A DNA stretch of 64,000 nucleotides from an uncultured Candidatus Saccharibacteria bacterium (GCA_964420015.1 CAYQPO010000005.1:6523-70522); one strand, 5' to 3'. Positions 8,980-18,567 are shown, numbered from the stretch's first letter. The notes: generated by a model from the sequence alone, not told the origin. Made by a program: numbers and translations.

Positions 8980-9615
8980 ATGCCAAATCCTTCGAAAAAC
9001 TCAGGACCTTCGGCCCAACTCGTCCCCATGGTGATAGAAAAGTCACCCTACGGTGAGCGTGCCTACGACATATACTCGCGCCTGTTAAAAGAACGCATCG
9101 TCTTCCTTTCTGGACCGATCGAGGACCATACTGCAAACCTGGCGGTTGCCCAGCTCCTCTTTCTTGCTTCTGAAGACCCTAAAAAGGATATCCAACTCTA
9201 CATCAACTCCCCCGGCGGTTCGGTCACAGCCGGTTTGGCGATCCTCGACACGATGAACTACATCAAGCCCGACGTGGCGACGCTCTGTGTAGGTATGGCA
9301 GCCTCGATGGCTTCGGTCATCCTCGCTTCGGGCAAAAAGGGTAAGCGCTTTGCGCTCCCCAACGCCGAGGTGATGATCCATCAGCCGTGGGGCGGCGCTC
9401 AGGGCCAGGCCTCGGACATTGAGATTACCGCAAGACACATCCTAGCCACACGCGATAGGCTCAACAAAATTTTGGCCAAGGCCTCGGGCCAGCCATTGGA
9501 AAAGATCGAAAAAGATGTCGACCGCGACTTCTTTATGACCGCCGAGGAGACCAAAAAATACGGCCTCATTGATGCGATTCTTGAAGAGCAGCCAGCTCCG
9601 GCCAAGGCAAAATAA
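8980..9615 (+). CDS. clpP: ATP-dependent Clp protease proteolytic subunit
   Basis: 211 aa; [29 protein letters not shown] (Ser), HQPWGG (His) catalytic-triad context. Confidence 0.95.
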   Translation: MPNPSKNSGPSAQLVPMVIEKSPYGERAYDIYSRLLKERIVFLSGPIEDHTANLAVAQLLFLASEDPKKDIQLYINSPGGSVTAGLAILDTMNYIKPDVATLCVGMAASMASVILASGKKGKRFALPNAEVMIHQPWGGAQGQASDIEITARHILATRDRLNKILAKASGQPLEKIEKDVDRDFFMTAEETKKYGLIDAILEEQPAPAKAK

Positions 9616-9665
9616 GTTCAAAAACTCGGGGCTAGCGGAGCAACCGCAGAGGTGATACTCTGGGG

Positions 9666-11234
9666 ATGTTCGTTTCATATATCAACTTTGTATGCAATCC
9701 CTTTATGTCACTTACTATAGTATTTCTGCTCTTAGCGGCAGCGGCCGCTGCGGGCATAGCGGTAGGCTTTTGGCTCCGGCTCTTGGTCCTGCGTGCGCGT
9801 AGAAACTCGCTCGAAATAGAGGTCCAAAAAATTCTCCTCAACGCACGCGAGGATGCTAAGCGCATTACCGAAGAGGCCGATGTAAAAGCTAAAGCAACAG
9901 CCACTGAGGCTGCCACTGTGCTCGCCGAAAAGGAGGACAAGATCGCCAAGCAGGAGGAGCGCATCTTTAAGCGCGAGGAAGCACTCGACAAAAAACAGAC
10001 CGAGCTCGACAAAGAGGTCGCCGAGGTCAAGACGAAGATCGAGGAGGTGCGCACGATTAAAGAGCGCGCTGAAGCGCTCATCGAGGAGCGCACGGGAGAG
10101 CTCGCCAAGGTGGCGGGCCTAAGCCGCGAGCAGGCCAAAGAGCAACTGCTCGCCGAGCTTGAGCGCGAGTCGGGAGACGATTTAATGATGCGGACCGCCA
10201 AGCTCGAGCGCGACGGCCTCGAGCGCCTCGAGCGCCGCGCGCGCGAGATTTTGACCACCGCGATCCACCGTTTGGGTAACTCGGTCGCCTCCGACACGAT
10301 GGCCACCGCGATCACCATCCCCAACGACGACTTGAAAGGCAAAATCATCGGCAAAGAGGGTCGCAATATCAAAGCCTTTGAGCGCGCCACCGGCGTTGAG
10401 GTAATCATCGACGACACTCCCGGCTCGATTGTGCTCTCCAGCTACGACCCGCTGCGCCGCGCGGTGGCGCGCGTGGCGCTCGAAAACCTCATCGTCGACG
10501 GCCGTATCCAACCTGCCAAAATTGAGGAGACGGTGGAGAAGGCTAAGCAAGAAGTCAACAAAATAATTAAGGAGAAGGCCGAGGCCGCGGCATTTGAGGT
10601 GGGCGTGCTCAACCTCGACCCGCGTTTGTTGATGATTTTAGGCCGACTCCACTTTCGCACCAGCTACGGTCAGTCGGTTTTGCAACACTCAGTTGAGATG
10701 GCACACATCGCCGGCATGATCGCCGAAGAGCTCGGCGCCAACCCGGCCGTGGCACGTGCTGGCGCACTTCTGCACGACATTGGCAAAGCCCTCGACCACG
10801 AGGTACAGGGCACGCACGTGGAGATCGGCCGGCGCATCTTGGCTAAGTTTGGCGTACAAGAGGAAGTGATCAAAGCGATGCAGGCCCACCACGAGGAGTA
10901 CCCGTACGAAACCCCCGAGAGCTACATCGTGCAGGTGGCCGACGCCATCTCCGGCGGGCGGCCTGGTGCACGCCGCGACTCAGTTGAGCAATACATCAAA
11001 CGCTTGGCTGACATTGAGCAGATCGCCAATAGTTTTGAGGGCGTAGAGAAGAGCTATGCGATTTCCGCAGGCCGCGAGGTGCGCGTGTTTGTAAAACCCG
11101 AGGTCACGAACGACTTTCAGGCGCGCGAACTGGCCCGCAACATCGCCTTGCGAATTGAACAAGAGCTCAAATACCCGGGCGAAATTAAGGTGATCGCCAT
11201 CCGCGAGACCCGCGCGATCGAGTTCGCTCGATAG
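9666..11234 (+). CDS. rny: ribonuclease Y
   Basis: N-terminal TM, coiled-coil, KH domain (IIGKEGRNIKAFE), HD domain (HSVEMAHIAGMIAEELG...LLHDIGK); true start may be the internal MSLTIVF. Confidence 0.9.
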   Translation: MFVSYINFVCNPFMSLTIVFLLLAAAAAAGIAVGFWLRLLVLRARRNSLEIEVQKILLNAREDAKRITEEADVKAKATATEAATVLAEKEDKIAKQEERIFKREEALDKKQTELDKEVAEVKTKIEEVRTIKERAEALIEERTGELAKVAGLSREQAKEQLLAELERESGDDLMMRTAKLERDGLERLERRAREILTTAIHRLGNSVASDTMATAITIPNDDLKGKIIGKEGRNIKAFERATGVEVIIDDTPGSIVLSSYDPLRRAVARVALENLIVDGRIQPAKIEETVEKAKQEVNKIIKEKAEAAAFEVGVLNLDPRLLMILGRLHFRTSYGQSVLQHSVEMAHIAGMIAEELGANPAVARAGALLHDIGKALDHEVQGTHVEIGRRILAKFGVQEEVIKAMQAHHEEYPYETPESYIVQVADAISGGRPGARRDSVEQYIKRLADIEQIANSFEGVEKSYAISAGREVRVFVKPEVTNDFQARELARNIALRIEQELKYPGEIKVIAIRETRAIEFAR

Positions 11235-11295
11235 CTTGCGAAAATTAGCGCCCTCGCCTATTGTGGGAGCGGTATTCCAATCAAAGGAGAGGCGG

Positions 11296-11922
11296 GTGGA
11301 AAAGAGACCTTTAAGAAAGACGGTCATGGCGGTTCGAGTACCACCTGGCCCAGTTGAAACTGAGACGCTTTTGTTGGAAATGGTCCAGAAAGCTGCAGAA
11401 ATCAGCATCGTGGGCGAACTCGAGCTCAAAGTTGCCTACGCATCAAACGTCGCCGAGGACAACGATCTTGGCGTGATGTTGGTCAGGGTCAAAGATTCGG
11501 CCTCGGCGGCAATGAAACAACAAAAGGGTGCGGACTGTGCCATGAATCTGAGCATGTGGAACCCGCCCTTGGCTGGGCTCAAGATGCGCTACGCTTCAGC
11601 CTGCATTGTGGACAGATTCGGGAACATATACATGGCGGGGTACCCCGATCCAGCTACGCTGCGGATAAAGGGTTGGCGTATCGCCATCGGTCGTCACATG
11701 CCCGCAGCAACTGCTCTGGGTATGGGTGGTTTGCATGGGCAACCACAAGTCCTGATCGAAGACGAATTGAAGGACTGCCCGGGAGACTACCGAGAAATGG
11801 AAATGATTGTCGCGGCAGCGCTGGCACTACGGATCTATGCAAACCCGGGCGAGATCTCCGATGGTGACCCGTGGAAAAGGCTCAGTCAGCCAATCAGGAA
11901 GTCTAAAAAGACTAAAAAATAA
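11296..11922 (+). CDS. hypothetical protein
   Basis: in-frame GTG with SD GGAGAGG 4 nt upstream, chosen over the track start at 11236; no family recognised. Confidence 0.4.
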   Translation: MEKRPLRKTVMAVRVPPGPVETETLLLEMVQKAAEISIVGELELKVAYASNVAEDNDLGVMLVRVKDSASAAMKQQKGADCAMNLSMWNPPLAGLKMRYASACIVDRFGNIYMAGYPDPATLRIKGWRIAIGRHMPAATALGMGGLHGQPQVLIEDELKDCPGDYREMEMIVAAALALRIYANPGEISDGDPWKRLSQPIRKSKKTKK

Positions 11923-11935
11923 ATTCGGGTTCGGG

Positions 11936-11960
11936 GCCCCGCTTCGGCGGGGCTATTTTT
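11936..11960 (+). terminator. intrinsic terminator
   Basis: GCCCCGC-TTCG-GCGGGGC + TATTTTT. Confidence 0.5.
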
Positions 11961-12042
11961 ATCTAAAAAGCCAGGCCTTGCAAGGGTTTTTTCGGGGAGT
12001 ATACTAGCGACACAGGGTTTTTAGTAGCTAATTGCCCCAAGT

Positions 12043-12315
12043 ATGAACAAGCAGGACATTGCAGAGAAGGTGCACGGCGTCCTTGGCACCACCAAGGCCG
12101 ACGCAGAGCGCGCGGTTGAGGCGATGATCGACTCGATCGTGGGCGAGCTCAAGAAAGGCGGCGAGGTTTCTGTCGCTGGCCTCGGCATCTTCAAAACCAA
12201 GATGCGCGCAGCGCGCCAAGCGCGCAACCCGCGCACCGGTGCAACCGTGCAGGTCCCCTCGATGCGCGTGCCGAAGTTTCAACCGGCCAAAGCATTGAAG
12301 GAAGCGGTTAAGTAA
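12043..12315 (+). CDS. hup: DNA-binding protein HU
   Basis: 90 aa; GLGIFKTKMRAARQARNPRTGATVQVP arm motif. Confidence 0.9.
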   Translation: MNKQDIAEKVHGVLGTTKADAERAVEAMIDSIVGELKKGGEVSVAGLGIFKTKMRAARQARNPRTGATVQVPSMRVPKFQPAKALKEAVK

Positions 12316-12411
12316 GCTTCACAAAAGTTATTTGCTCCGGAGAGATAAACACGACCCCAACTCCTCCGCAAACAACTTTTGTTTCGCCGTTCGAAAGGAT
12401 CCTCTCGAAAC

Positions 12412-12438
12412 GAAAAAATCCCCCGTGGGGGATTTTTT
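12412..12438. terminator. bidirectional intrinsic terminator
   Basis: AAAAAA-ATCCCCC-GTG-GGGGGAT-TTTTTT. Confidence 0.5.
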
Positions 12439-12560
12439 CGTTGTAGGGGGCCGAAGACTTGCATCTTGAGGGCAGTGAGTCTGCGGTCGAGCGCGACGGC
12501 GCGAGACTCAGCAAATTTCTAGCAGGAAATTTGCGGTGCCCGAAAGATATAAGTCTGAGG

Positions 12561-13322
12561 CTATTCAACTGCACTGAGTGGCACCCGAACCTCAAAACTC
12601 CCCACCGCATAGGCAGCCACTTGGTAAGGCGGTATCAAGACCACGAGTGTATCGCCATCCACCACAAAGGTGGAGTAGTTATCTTCAGTTGGCTTGAGCC
12701 CCTCACTAAAGAGGGCCTCTGAAACATCACTTATTTCGAGCCGTTGCTTGAGCTGTGCGGTTACGTCGGCCGTAACGATGGTGCTGAGTTTAGCAAGGTC
12801 GTTGCTCTTGATAATGTCGTAGATCGACACCGCCTTACCATTTTGGTCGAAGGTAAATGTCTTGAAGTAGATGTTGGGGTGCGCACCACCTGTGTCGGCA
12901 AAAATAGTGTAGGCGTACGAAACCGTGCCCGTTTGGGCCGATGAGTATGATTTATACGTTGCATCGAGCTCCAGCTTGTGCCCATCAGAGAGGCTTGGCA
13001 ACACCGTCGCGTCGAGGCCCGCAATGTTTTGTTTAAAGTCATCTACCTCGGCTTTGAGGGCTGTTTGGATATACTCCCGAGCTTTTTGGTCAGCAGTCGA
13101 ATTGGTAAGTGCCGTTTTGGCCGGGTAGAGGACACTCACCGTGTAGGTTGAACCGGACTCCGCATATTCTTTATTGCCGGTAGAAGTGGCCGAACCGCCC
13201 AACAGATCTTGTTCTTGAGTGGTTGTCGCTGTCGGTTGTGTTGGCCGCCCTGCCCAAAACTCATACCCGAACCCAAGCACCACCAATAGGATAACCGCGT
13301 AGAATAGTTTTTTATAATCCAT
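12561..13322 (-). CDS. TM-anchored hypothetical secreted-domain protein (possibly a DUF3298/DUF4163 RsiV/PdaC-like fold)
   Basis: start taken at MDYKKLFYAVILLVV (TM anchor); family assignment is weak and from memory only. Confidence 0.4.
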   Translation of the reverse strand: MDYKKLFYAVILLVVLGFGYEFWAGRPTQPTATTTQEQDLLGGSATSTGNKEYAESGSTYTVSVLYPAKTALTNSTADQKAREYIQTALKAEVDDFKQNIAGLDATVLPSLSDGHKLELDATYKSYSSAQTGTVSYAYTIFADTGGAHPNIYFKTFTFDQNGKAVSIYDIIKSNDLAKLSTIVTADVTAQLKQRLEISDVSEALFSEGLKPTEDNYSTFVVDGDTLVVLIPPYQVAAYAVGSFEVRVPLSAVE

Positions 13323-13369
13323 CTCTGTACTATACAGGACGCACGTTTTGAGACACAATTACCAACATC

Positions 13370-13440
13370 GCGGGCGTGGTCTACCGGTATGACACCTGCC
13401 TTCCAAGCAGGTAGAGCGAGTTCGATTCTCGCCGCCCGCA
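13370..13440 (+). tRNA. tRNA-Gly (anticodon UCC)
   Basis: cloverleaf folded by hand: acceptor GCGGGCG/CGCCCGC, anticodon arm CCTGC-CTTCCAA-GCAGG, T arm GTTCGATTC, discriminator A; CCA not encoded. Confidence 0.85.
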
Positions 13441-13441
13441 C

Positions 13442-14575
13442 ATGAATATCGTCGATCAAGTAATATCCTTCCTTGCTCATGCGCTGGTGGGCTTCATGAT
13501 GCTCGTCTCGCTCCTCTTGACCACAACGAGCACACAAGCCCCCACAGTCCGAACTCCAGCCGCGGCGCCCGCCCAACAAGCAGCCAGCTTCCCCACCGCA
13601 ACCTCAACTACAAACTCAGCGAAAGCAAAACCTGCCCCAACGAATGGTCTGGTTGAGCCGACACAGACGGCGACCCGAGGACCTGAGGCGGGGCAGGTTT
13701 TGCCCCCAACGCCCCTCAAGTCGCAAGAGCAAATCAACACCGAGACCCGCGCCGCGCTGGTCAACATTTTGTGCACCACCAAAGGCGGGGGCTATCTTGC
13801 GCCCATCTCGGGCTCGGGAGTTATTGTCGACAGCCGTGGGGTCATCCTCACTAACGCACATGTGGCGCAGTTCTTTTTGTTGCGCAATTACTACCAGCCC
13901 GACAACGTGCAGTGTGTGGTGCGCATGGGCTCGCCTGCCGAACCCTACTACACGGCTGAACTCCTCTACCTGCCGCCGAAGTGGGTAACCGACAACGCAT
14001 CGCAAATTGTCGCCGCGGAAGCCACCGGCACCGGCGAAAATGACTACGCATTTTTGCGCATCACCGGTGCGGTGGGTACGCGCACGCTGCCGAGCACTTT
14101 CCCGGCAGTGGTGATGGCGAGCAGCCCGCCGAGCTTGGGTGATGCGGCGCTTTTGGCCGCCTACCCTGCCGGCTATCTCGGGGGCGAAAACATTACCAAG
14201 AGTTTGTATCAAAGCTCGGCGGTGACCTATGTCTCTCAGCTCCTTTCGTTCGACGCCAGCAAAAATATAGACATGTTTTCTATAGGCGGCACCGTGGTCT
14301 CTCAAGCGGGCTCTAGTGGCGGGGCGGTGGTCTCGCTTTATAATGGTGCGCTCAAAGGGATCATCGCGGTTGAGACCATCTCCAACTCAACCGGCACGCG
14401 CGACCTGCAGGCCTTGAGCCTCGACTCGATCAACCGCGCGCTGCTTGGGCTTGGTCTCGGTGGCATCGCAGGAGTTTTGCAAGGCGACCTGGCAACCAAA
14501 GCAGCCGACTTTGCCCAAAACACCGCGCCCGGCGAAACCGCGCAGCTCACCGCCGCGCTCGATAAGGGGTATTAA
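13442..14575 (+). CDS. secreted trypsin-like (S1/DegP-type) serine protease
   Basis: N-terminal TM; GSGVIVDSRGVILTNAHV (His) and GSSGGAVVS (Ser) trypsin-fold motifs; no PDZ domain seen; start may be the internal MMLVSLL. Confidence 0.7.
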   Translation: MNIVDQVISFLAHALVGFMMLVSLLLTTTSTQAPTVRTPAAAPAQQAASFPTATSTTNSAKAKPAPTNGLVEPTQTATRGPEAGQVLPPTPLKSQEQINTETRAALVNILCTTKGGGYLAPISGSGVIVDSRGVILTNAHVAQFFLLRNYYQPDNVQCVVRMGSPAEPYYTAELLYLPPKWVTDNASQIVAAEATGTGENDYAFLRITGAVGTRTLPSTFPAVVMASSPPSLGDAALLAAYPAGYLGGENITKSLYQSSAVTYVSQLLSFDASKNIDMFSIGGTVVSQAGSSGGAVVSLYNGALKGIIAVETISNSTGTRDLQALSLDSINRALLGLGLGGIAGVLQGDLATKAADFAQNTAPGETAQLTAALDKGY

Positions 14576-14610
14576 AAAAACCGCCGCTTGGTAGCGACGG
14601 TTTGAGTTTT
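14574..14610. terminator. possible bidirectional terminator between the convergent protease and rSAM genes
   Basis: AAAAAAA-CCGCCGCT-TGGT-AGCGACGG (1 mismatch) - TTTGAGTTTT. Confidence 0.35.
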
Positions 14611-15497
14611 CAGATCGAGTGGCCAATCTCGGTGAGGATGCGAGCCAGAAATTTATGGGCCGGCTCTGTGGTGTCCCATATGGGAGCACCTTGTGATGTA
14701 CCGAGGACCTCCCTTCCGCGAGAGCAGGTGCCATCCGGAGAGAGCCTCACCAGATAGCCCTCTTGTTCGAGCGCATAGACTGCCACTTCGCGATAGAAGT
14801 TTTTTGTCTTGCGAGTCTTGAACACATCACTCAGAGCCACATGCACACCATACTTCTCTCCTTCGGCGATGAGTCGGAGGAGTGTGGCCTTGATCCATGC
14901 GTCGCTCATTGAATTTTTTTGGGTGCGAAAGTCGGTGTAGAGTCCGATCTCCCATTCCTCAACTGCGAGCTGCGCAAGGAGTTTAGGCATTCCCATAAGT
15001 TGTCTCTCTCGGTTAGGAAAGAGCACCGACGCCACGGTGAGTTCGCTCCCGAACCATCGCCGTGCCTCGCGGATACCCGCGAGTGTCTGTTCGTAACATC
15101 CTGGTACGCCGCGAAGCTTTTCATGCACGGCAGGGATATTGCTGTCGAGCGACACCGCGAGGATGTCGACCAAACCCGAAAGTTCTTGCGCCCGTTCGGC
15201 TAATAGTACTCCGTTAGTCACTAGTCGGGTCCCCAAATCTAGCGTGTCGGCCAAACCCAGCACCGACTTAGTAAGTTTCCACGTCTCGGGTAAGAGCGGT
15301 TCGTACCCTTGGACACTAAAGGTGCTTACCGGTAGGTGCGTCGCCGCTTCTTTTATGAAGCGGAGATAGTGGTCGTCTGTGAGCTTGCTCACTGTGGCCT
15401 CTCCGCGCTGTGCTATCGCGCAGAACGGACACTTGAGATTGCACCCGTTAGGCGCAGGTAACACAACCGTGAGTAACAAATCGTCGATACGGCTCAT
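14610..15497 (-). CDS. radical SAM enzyme (CxxxCxxC; no SPASM domain seen)
   Basis: NGCNLKCPFCAI near the N-terminus; 295 aa; subfamily not assignable by eye. Confidence 0.8.
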   Translation of the reverse strand: MSRIDDLLLTVVLPAPNGCNLKCPFCAIAQRGEATVSKLTDDHYLRFIKEAATHLPVSTFSVQGYEPLLPETWKLTKSVLGLADTLDLGTRLVTNGVLLAERAQELSGLVDILAVSLDSNIPAVHEKLRGVPGCYEQTLAGIREARRWFGSELTVASVLFPNRERQLMGMPKLLAQLAVEEWEIGLYTDFRTQKNSMSDAWIKATLLRLIAEGEKYGVHVALSDVFKTRKTKNFYREVAVYALEQEGYLVRLSPDGTCSRGREVLGTSQGAPIWDTTEPAHKFLARILTEIGHSI

Positions 15498-15505
15498 GAT
15501 CCTCT

Positions 15506-15535
15506 CCAGAAAAAATGGCGGAGGGATGCTCCGCC
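15506..15535 (-). terminator. intrinsic terminator/attenuator between the sORF and the rSAM gene
   Basis: minus strand GGCGGAG-CATCC-CTCCGCC + ATTTTTTCTGG; the T-tract overlaps the rSAM RBS GGAGAGG. Confidence 0.4.
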
Positions 15536-15552
15536 ATAAGTTAGAAGGTGGA

Positions 15553-15675
15553 CTATTTCGGCTTCCGATATGTGGGCCTTGTGCGGCGAATCAGCCGACT
15601 GCTGATACCCGCGCCCGCCCTTGCGGCGACGACGGCCTTACGTTCGGATCCGACCCTCACTGCGACAGCAGCCAT
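15553..15675 (-). CDS. candidate 40-aa highly basic sORF (MAAVAVRVGSERKAVVAARAGAGISSRLIRRTRPTYRKPK)
   Basis: not in the track; SD AGGAGG 5 nt upstream of ATG; directly upstream of the rSAM gene on the same strand. Confidence 0.3.
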   Translation of the reverse strand: MAAVAVRVGSERKAVVAARAGAGISSRLIRRTRPTYRKPK

Positions 15676-15845
15676 GGGTGCCTCCTAACCTATCCAGCGG
15701 GACCATCCCGTCGGTTCCGCTACCATTAAACGCTCATGGAAACCCTCCCGCTATAATTTGGGCCAATTGGAAGAAAAACCTTATTTTTCAATATATTTTG
15801 CTATAAAGTTTGACGAATATACTCGTCATATAGTAGGATTTCTGT

Positions 15846-16658
15846 ATGCAAGTCCAAAAGGCTGAACGCCGCCTGCTGGGGCTTAATAAGCGCGAAAGTG
15901 AACTTCTCAGCGCTCTTGAGCGCCTCAAAACTGCTTCGATGCAAGAGCTTGCAGATGAGCTGAAACTCCCTCGAACCAGCCTCTACTGGCCCCTGGATCA
16001 GCTTTATAAACGCAACCTAGTCGTTTACGAAAAAGTGGGTAAACGCAAGCGGTGGTACTCGCGCATGGGCGAGCTCCCGTTGCGCAAAAAGCTCGGCTCA
16101 CTCGAAACTGTGGCTGGCGACGTGCGCGTGGTAGAAGGAGTCGAGCAAATCAAAGAGCTCTACCGTCTTTCATTAGACCTCCACCCCACTGAACGTGTCT
16201 TAATTTTGGAAGGCACCGTGGCCGCAACCTCAATAGCCCGCAAAGGCGGCATAGACTTTCTCACCGAATATCACGAGCGCGCATATAAAAACAAAATCAT
16301 TGTCGAATCGATTTTTGGAGAGAAACTCTACGAAAATGTTTTGCGGATGATAGTTGACCCAAAGATAGTGCGGAGCCTCTCGCGCCTTAATACATGGATC
16401 GCCCATATCGTGCCCGAGGAATGGATGAATGTGGACGCGGCAGTGGTCCTTTTCAGAGAAACTGCGATCATCGCCGACTGGACAAAAACGCATGCGGTGC
16501 TCGTAAACAACCCTGAGATTGTTCGTTTGTTGCGGAACTTCTGCGAGGTCTTTCAACTCACCGGTCGCAAAGTAGATATCGTCTCCGAGATCCGCTCAGC
16601 GGTCGCAAAGAGCAGCTCAAACGCGCCAGCGGGCGAAGATGCCCAACCTAGAGAATAA
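15846..16658 (+). CDS. TrmB-like winged-helix transcriptional regulator (paralogue I)
   Basis: LNKRESELLSALERL.TASMQELADELKLPRTSLYWPLDQLYKRNLV wHTH; about 270 aa. Confidence 0.55.
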   Translation: MQVQKAERRLLGLNKRESELLSALERLKTASMQELADELKLPRTSLYWPLDQLYKRNLVVYEKVGKRKRWYSRMGELPLRKKLGSLETVAGDVRVVEGVEQIKELYRLSLDLHPTERVLILEGTVAATSIARKGGIDFLTEYHERAYKNKIIVESIFGEKLYENVLRMIVDPKIVRSLSRLNTWIAHIVPEEWMNVDAAVVLFRETAIIADWTKTHAVLVNNPEIVRLLRNFCEVFQLTGRKVDIVSEIRSAVAKSSSNAPAGEDAQPRE

Positions 16659-17466
16659 CCAAACTCGTCTCGGGCAACATACCGGGGTAGTCTATAAGCC
16701 TAGCGCTTGCAGGCAGATCTTCTTTAAAAATATAGTGGACCTTAAATTTGCTTGGGTCAGTCATAAATTCTTTGGTCCACGCTTGTGAGACCGCATAATT
16801 GCCGAGCATGTCGTAGACCACTCTCATTACTCGGTAATCTGGCTTAGACCACAGTGCATGAGTCGTTGGCTCCTCAACTAAAACGATCTTTTCGACCCCG
16901 ATGCATCGATTCAAAAACTCCGCAAGGGTTATACCAAGGTGATGAAACGACCAGCGACCAATTAATACCGTGGGTTTGGTGGTGTTGACAACCTCTTTGT
17001 AGTTTACTTCTGCATTTGGGTCGACCACTACCAGCTTCTTGTCTTTCATAAAAGAAGTCTCGCTACGAAAGTCGCCTATATCAATCCCGATCCATTCGAT
17101 TTTTATTTCAGGATAGAGCTCGGATAGTTTCTGCGCCACAGCGCGCTCAAAAACACTTTCATCTCCACACCCAAGACTCACCACCGCGACCTCTTGAGTA
17201 TTGAGAGTCCCGATCTCCTCACAAGCTTTTGCCACCCAATCGTCTTGGGCAAGTTTGTTTTGCTCAAAAATTGCATTCCTCAGTTGAGAAAACTCTGAGT
17301 CGTCGAGTTTAAACTTCTTTAGGGCTTCGACGCCATACTTTACAATTTCGTCGTTACTTTTTGCTTCAAAAGCCGCAGAGTCGACAAGATCCATCAAGCG
17401 CTGCAGCAGAATTACGCGGATATCGTCTCTTTTAACCCGCCAATATGTAAACGGATCGGTCTCCAT
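16648..17466 (-). CDS. putative class I SAM-dependent methyltransferase-like protein
   Basis: VVSLGCGDE resembles Rossmann motif I; otherwise unassigned. Confidence 0.4.
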   Translation of the reverse strand: METDPFTYWRVKRDDIRVILLQRLMDLVDSAAFEAKSNDEIVKYGVEALKKFKLDDSEFSQLRNAIFEQNKLAQDDWVAKACEEIGTLNTQEVAVVSLGCGDESVFERAVAQKLSELYPEIKIEWIGIDIGDFRSETSFMKDKKLVVVDPNAEVNYKEVVNTTKPTVLIGRWSFHHLGITLAEFLNRCIGVEKIVLVEEPTTHALWSKPDYRVMRVVYDMLGNYAVSQAWTKEFMTDPSKFKVHYIFKEDLPASARLIDYPGMLPETSLVIL

Positions 17467-17470
17467 TTAT

Positions 17471-18433
17471 TTACACTTTCCACCGCGCGAAGATGCCGCA
17501 AGGCAGTAATCTGCCTTGCCCTGAGCTTGTCGAAGGGCTCTCTTCAATAGCCAAGTCGCCATATTCGATCGAGCCCCCAAAATTTTTGGTAAGAAACTCA
17601 AGGTTGTAGGCGAACGCCAATGGCGAGTAACCGGCTGCGTAGCCGTTGATCAGCACAAACAGCGGCTGCTCGCTCAAAAGCTCGGGCAAAAGCTGCATCA
17701 ACTCCAAAAAGTCTTCCTCAATCTTCCACAACTCCCCTGCCGGGCCGTGGCCAAACGCGGGCGGGTCCATTACTACCGCGTCGTACTTCGTACCGCGTTT
17801 AATTTCGCGCTTTACAAACTTGAGCGCATCTTCGGTGATCCAGCGGATTGGTGCATCCTTCAAACCACTAAGTTCGGCATTTTGCCGCGCCCATGCGACC
17901 GCCGTCTTGCTCGCGTCGACATGCGTCACTTTTGCTCCCGTCTCACCCGTAGGGCTACGACCGAGGGCTTTAGCGGCCGCGAGCGTCGCCCCACCGGTGT
18001 AGCCAAATAAATTCAAGACACTCGGAGCAGATCCTTGTTGAGAAAAATGGTCTGGTTGAGGCGACAAGGACGCCGACCCGAGGAGCTTTTTCGACGCAAG
18101 GATCTGCGAAGCCCACTCCCAGTTCGAAAGTTGTTCGGGGAAGAGCCCCGTGTGTTTAAAACTCGTCGGCTTGATCAAAAACTGCAGACCGCCAAAACTA
18201 ATCCGCCACTCTTTTGGTAAATTCTGTTCTATCCACTCTCCTTCCCTCCCCTGTCGCTCAAAACGCCCTTGTGCTTTTTGCCACTCGCCTGCCCCAAGTC
18301 GCTTCTCCCACAGCGCTTGCGGGTCAGGCCTAGCCAAAAGCACATTGCCAAAGCGCTCGAGCTTTTCCTCCCGGCCAGAGTCGATGAGCTCATAGTCTGA
18401 GCTTGGTTTAGTGACTAATGTTTTTCTTTCCAT
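17471..18433 (-). CDS. class I SAM-dependent RNA methyltransferase (RlmI/YccW-like)
   Basis: LNLFGYTGGATLAA (motif I), VVMDPPAFG (DPPxF motif IV). Confidence 0.7.
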   Translation of the reverse strand: MERKTLVTKPSSDYELIDSGREEKLERFGNVLLARPDPQALWEKRLGAGEWQKAQGRFERQGREGEWIEQNLPKEWRISFGGLQFLIKPTSFKHTGLFPEQLSNWEWASQILASKKLLGSASLSPQPDHFSQQGSAPSVLNLFGYTGGATLAAAKALGRSPTGETGAKVTHVDASKTAVAWARQNAELSGLKDAPIRWITEDALKFVKREIKRGTKYDAVVMDPPAFGHGPAGELWKIEEDFLELMQLLPELLSEQPLFVLINGYAAGYSPLAFAYNLEFLTKNFGGSIEYGDLAIEESPSTSSGQGRLLPCGIFARWKV

Positions 18434-18445
18434 ACTCTAAACTTG

Positions 18446-18516
18446 TCGGGGCGCCGAGAGTCGAACTCGGGCTAAATCCTCCCAAAGGACTCGTGCGACC
18501 GTTACACTACGCCCCG
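18446..18516 (-). tRNA. tRNA-Pro (anticodon UGG)
   Basis: hand fold: acceptor CGGGGCG/CGCCCCG with a C1-G72 pair and discriminator A (characteristic of bacterial tRNA-Pro), anticodon loop TTTGGGA, T arm CCGAG-TTCGACT-CTCGG. Confidence 0.8.
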
Positions 18517-18546
18517 TGCCTGCACTGCGTAGCCTTGGCGAAACAG

Positions 18547-18567
18547 TGTCCTTTAGAATGTCCTTTA
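18547..18567 (+). repeat. two direct copies of TGTCCTTTA, 12-nt spacing
   Basis: GTGTCCTTTAGAATGTCCTTTAC read in sequence; the same 9-mer recurs three times at 20881-20920. Confidence 0.5.

Noticed and set aside
9632-10417. 261-aa Ser-rich ORF antisense to rny
   Set aside because: Low-complexity antisense translation of a conserved gene; classic GC-rich antisense artefact.
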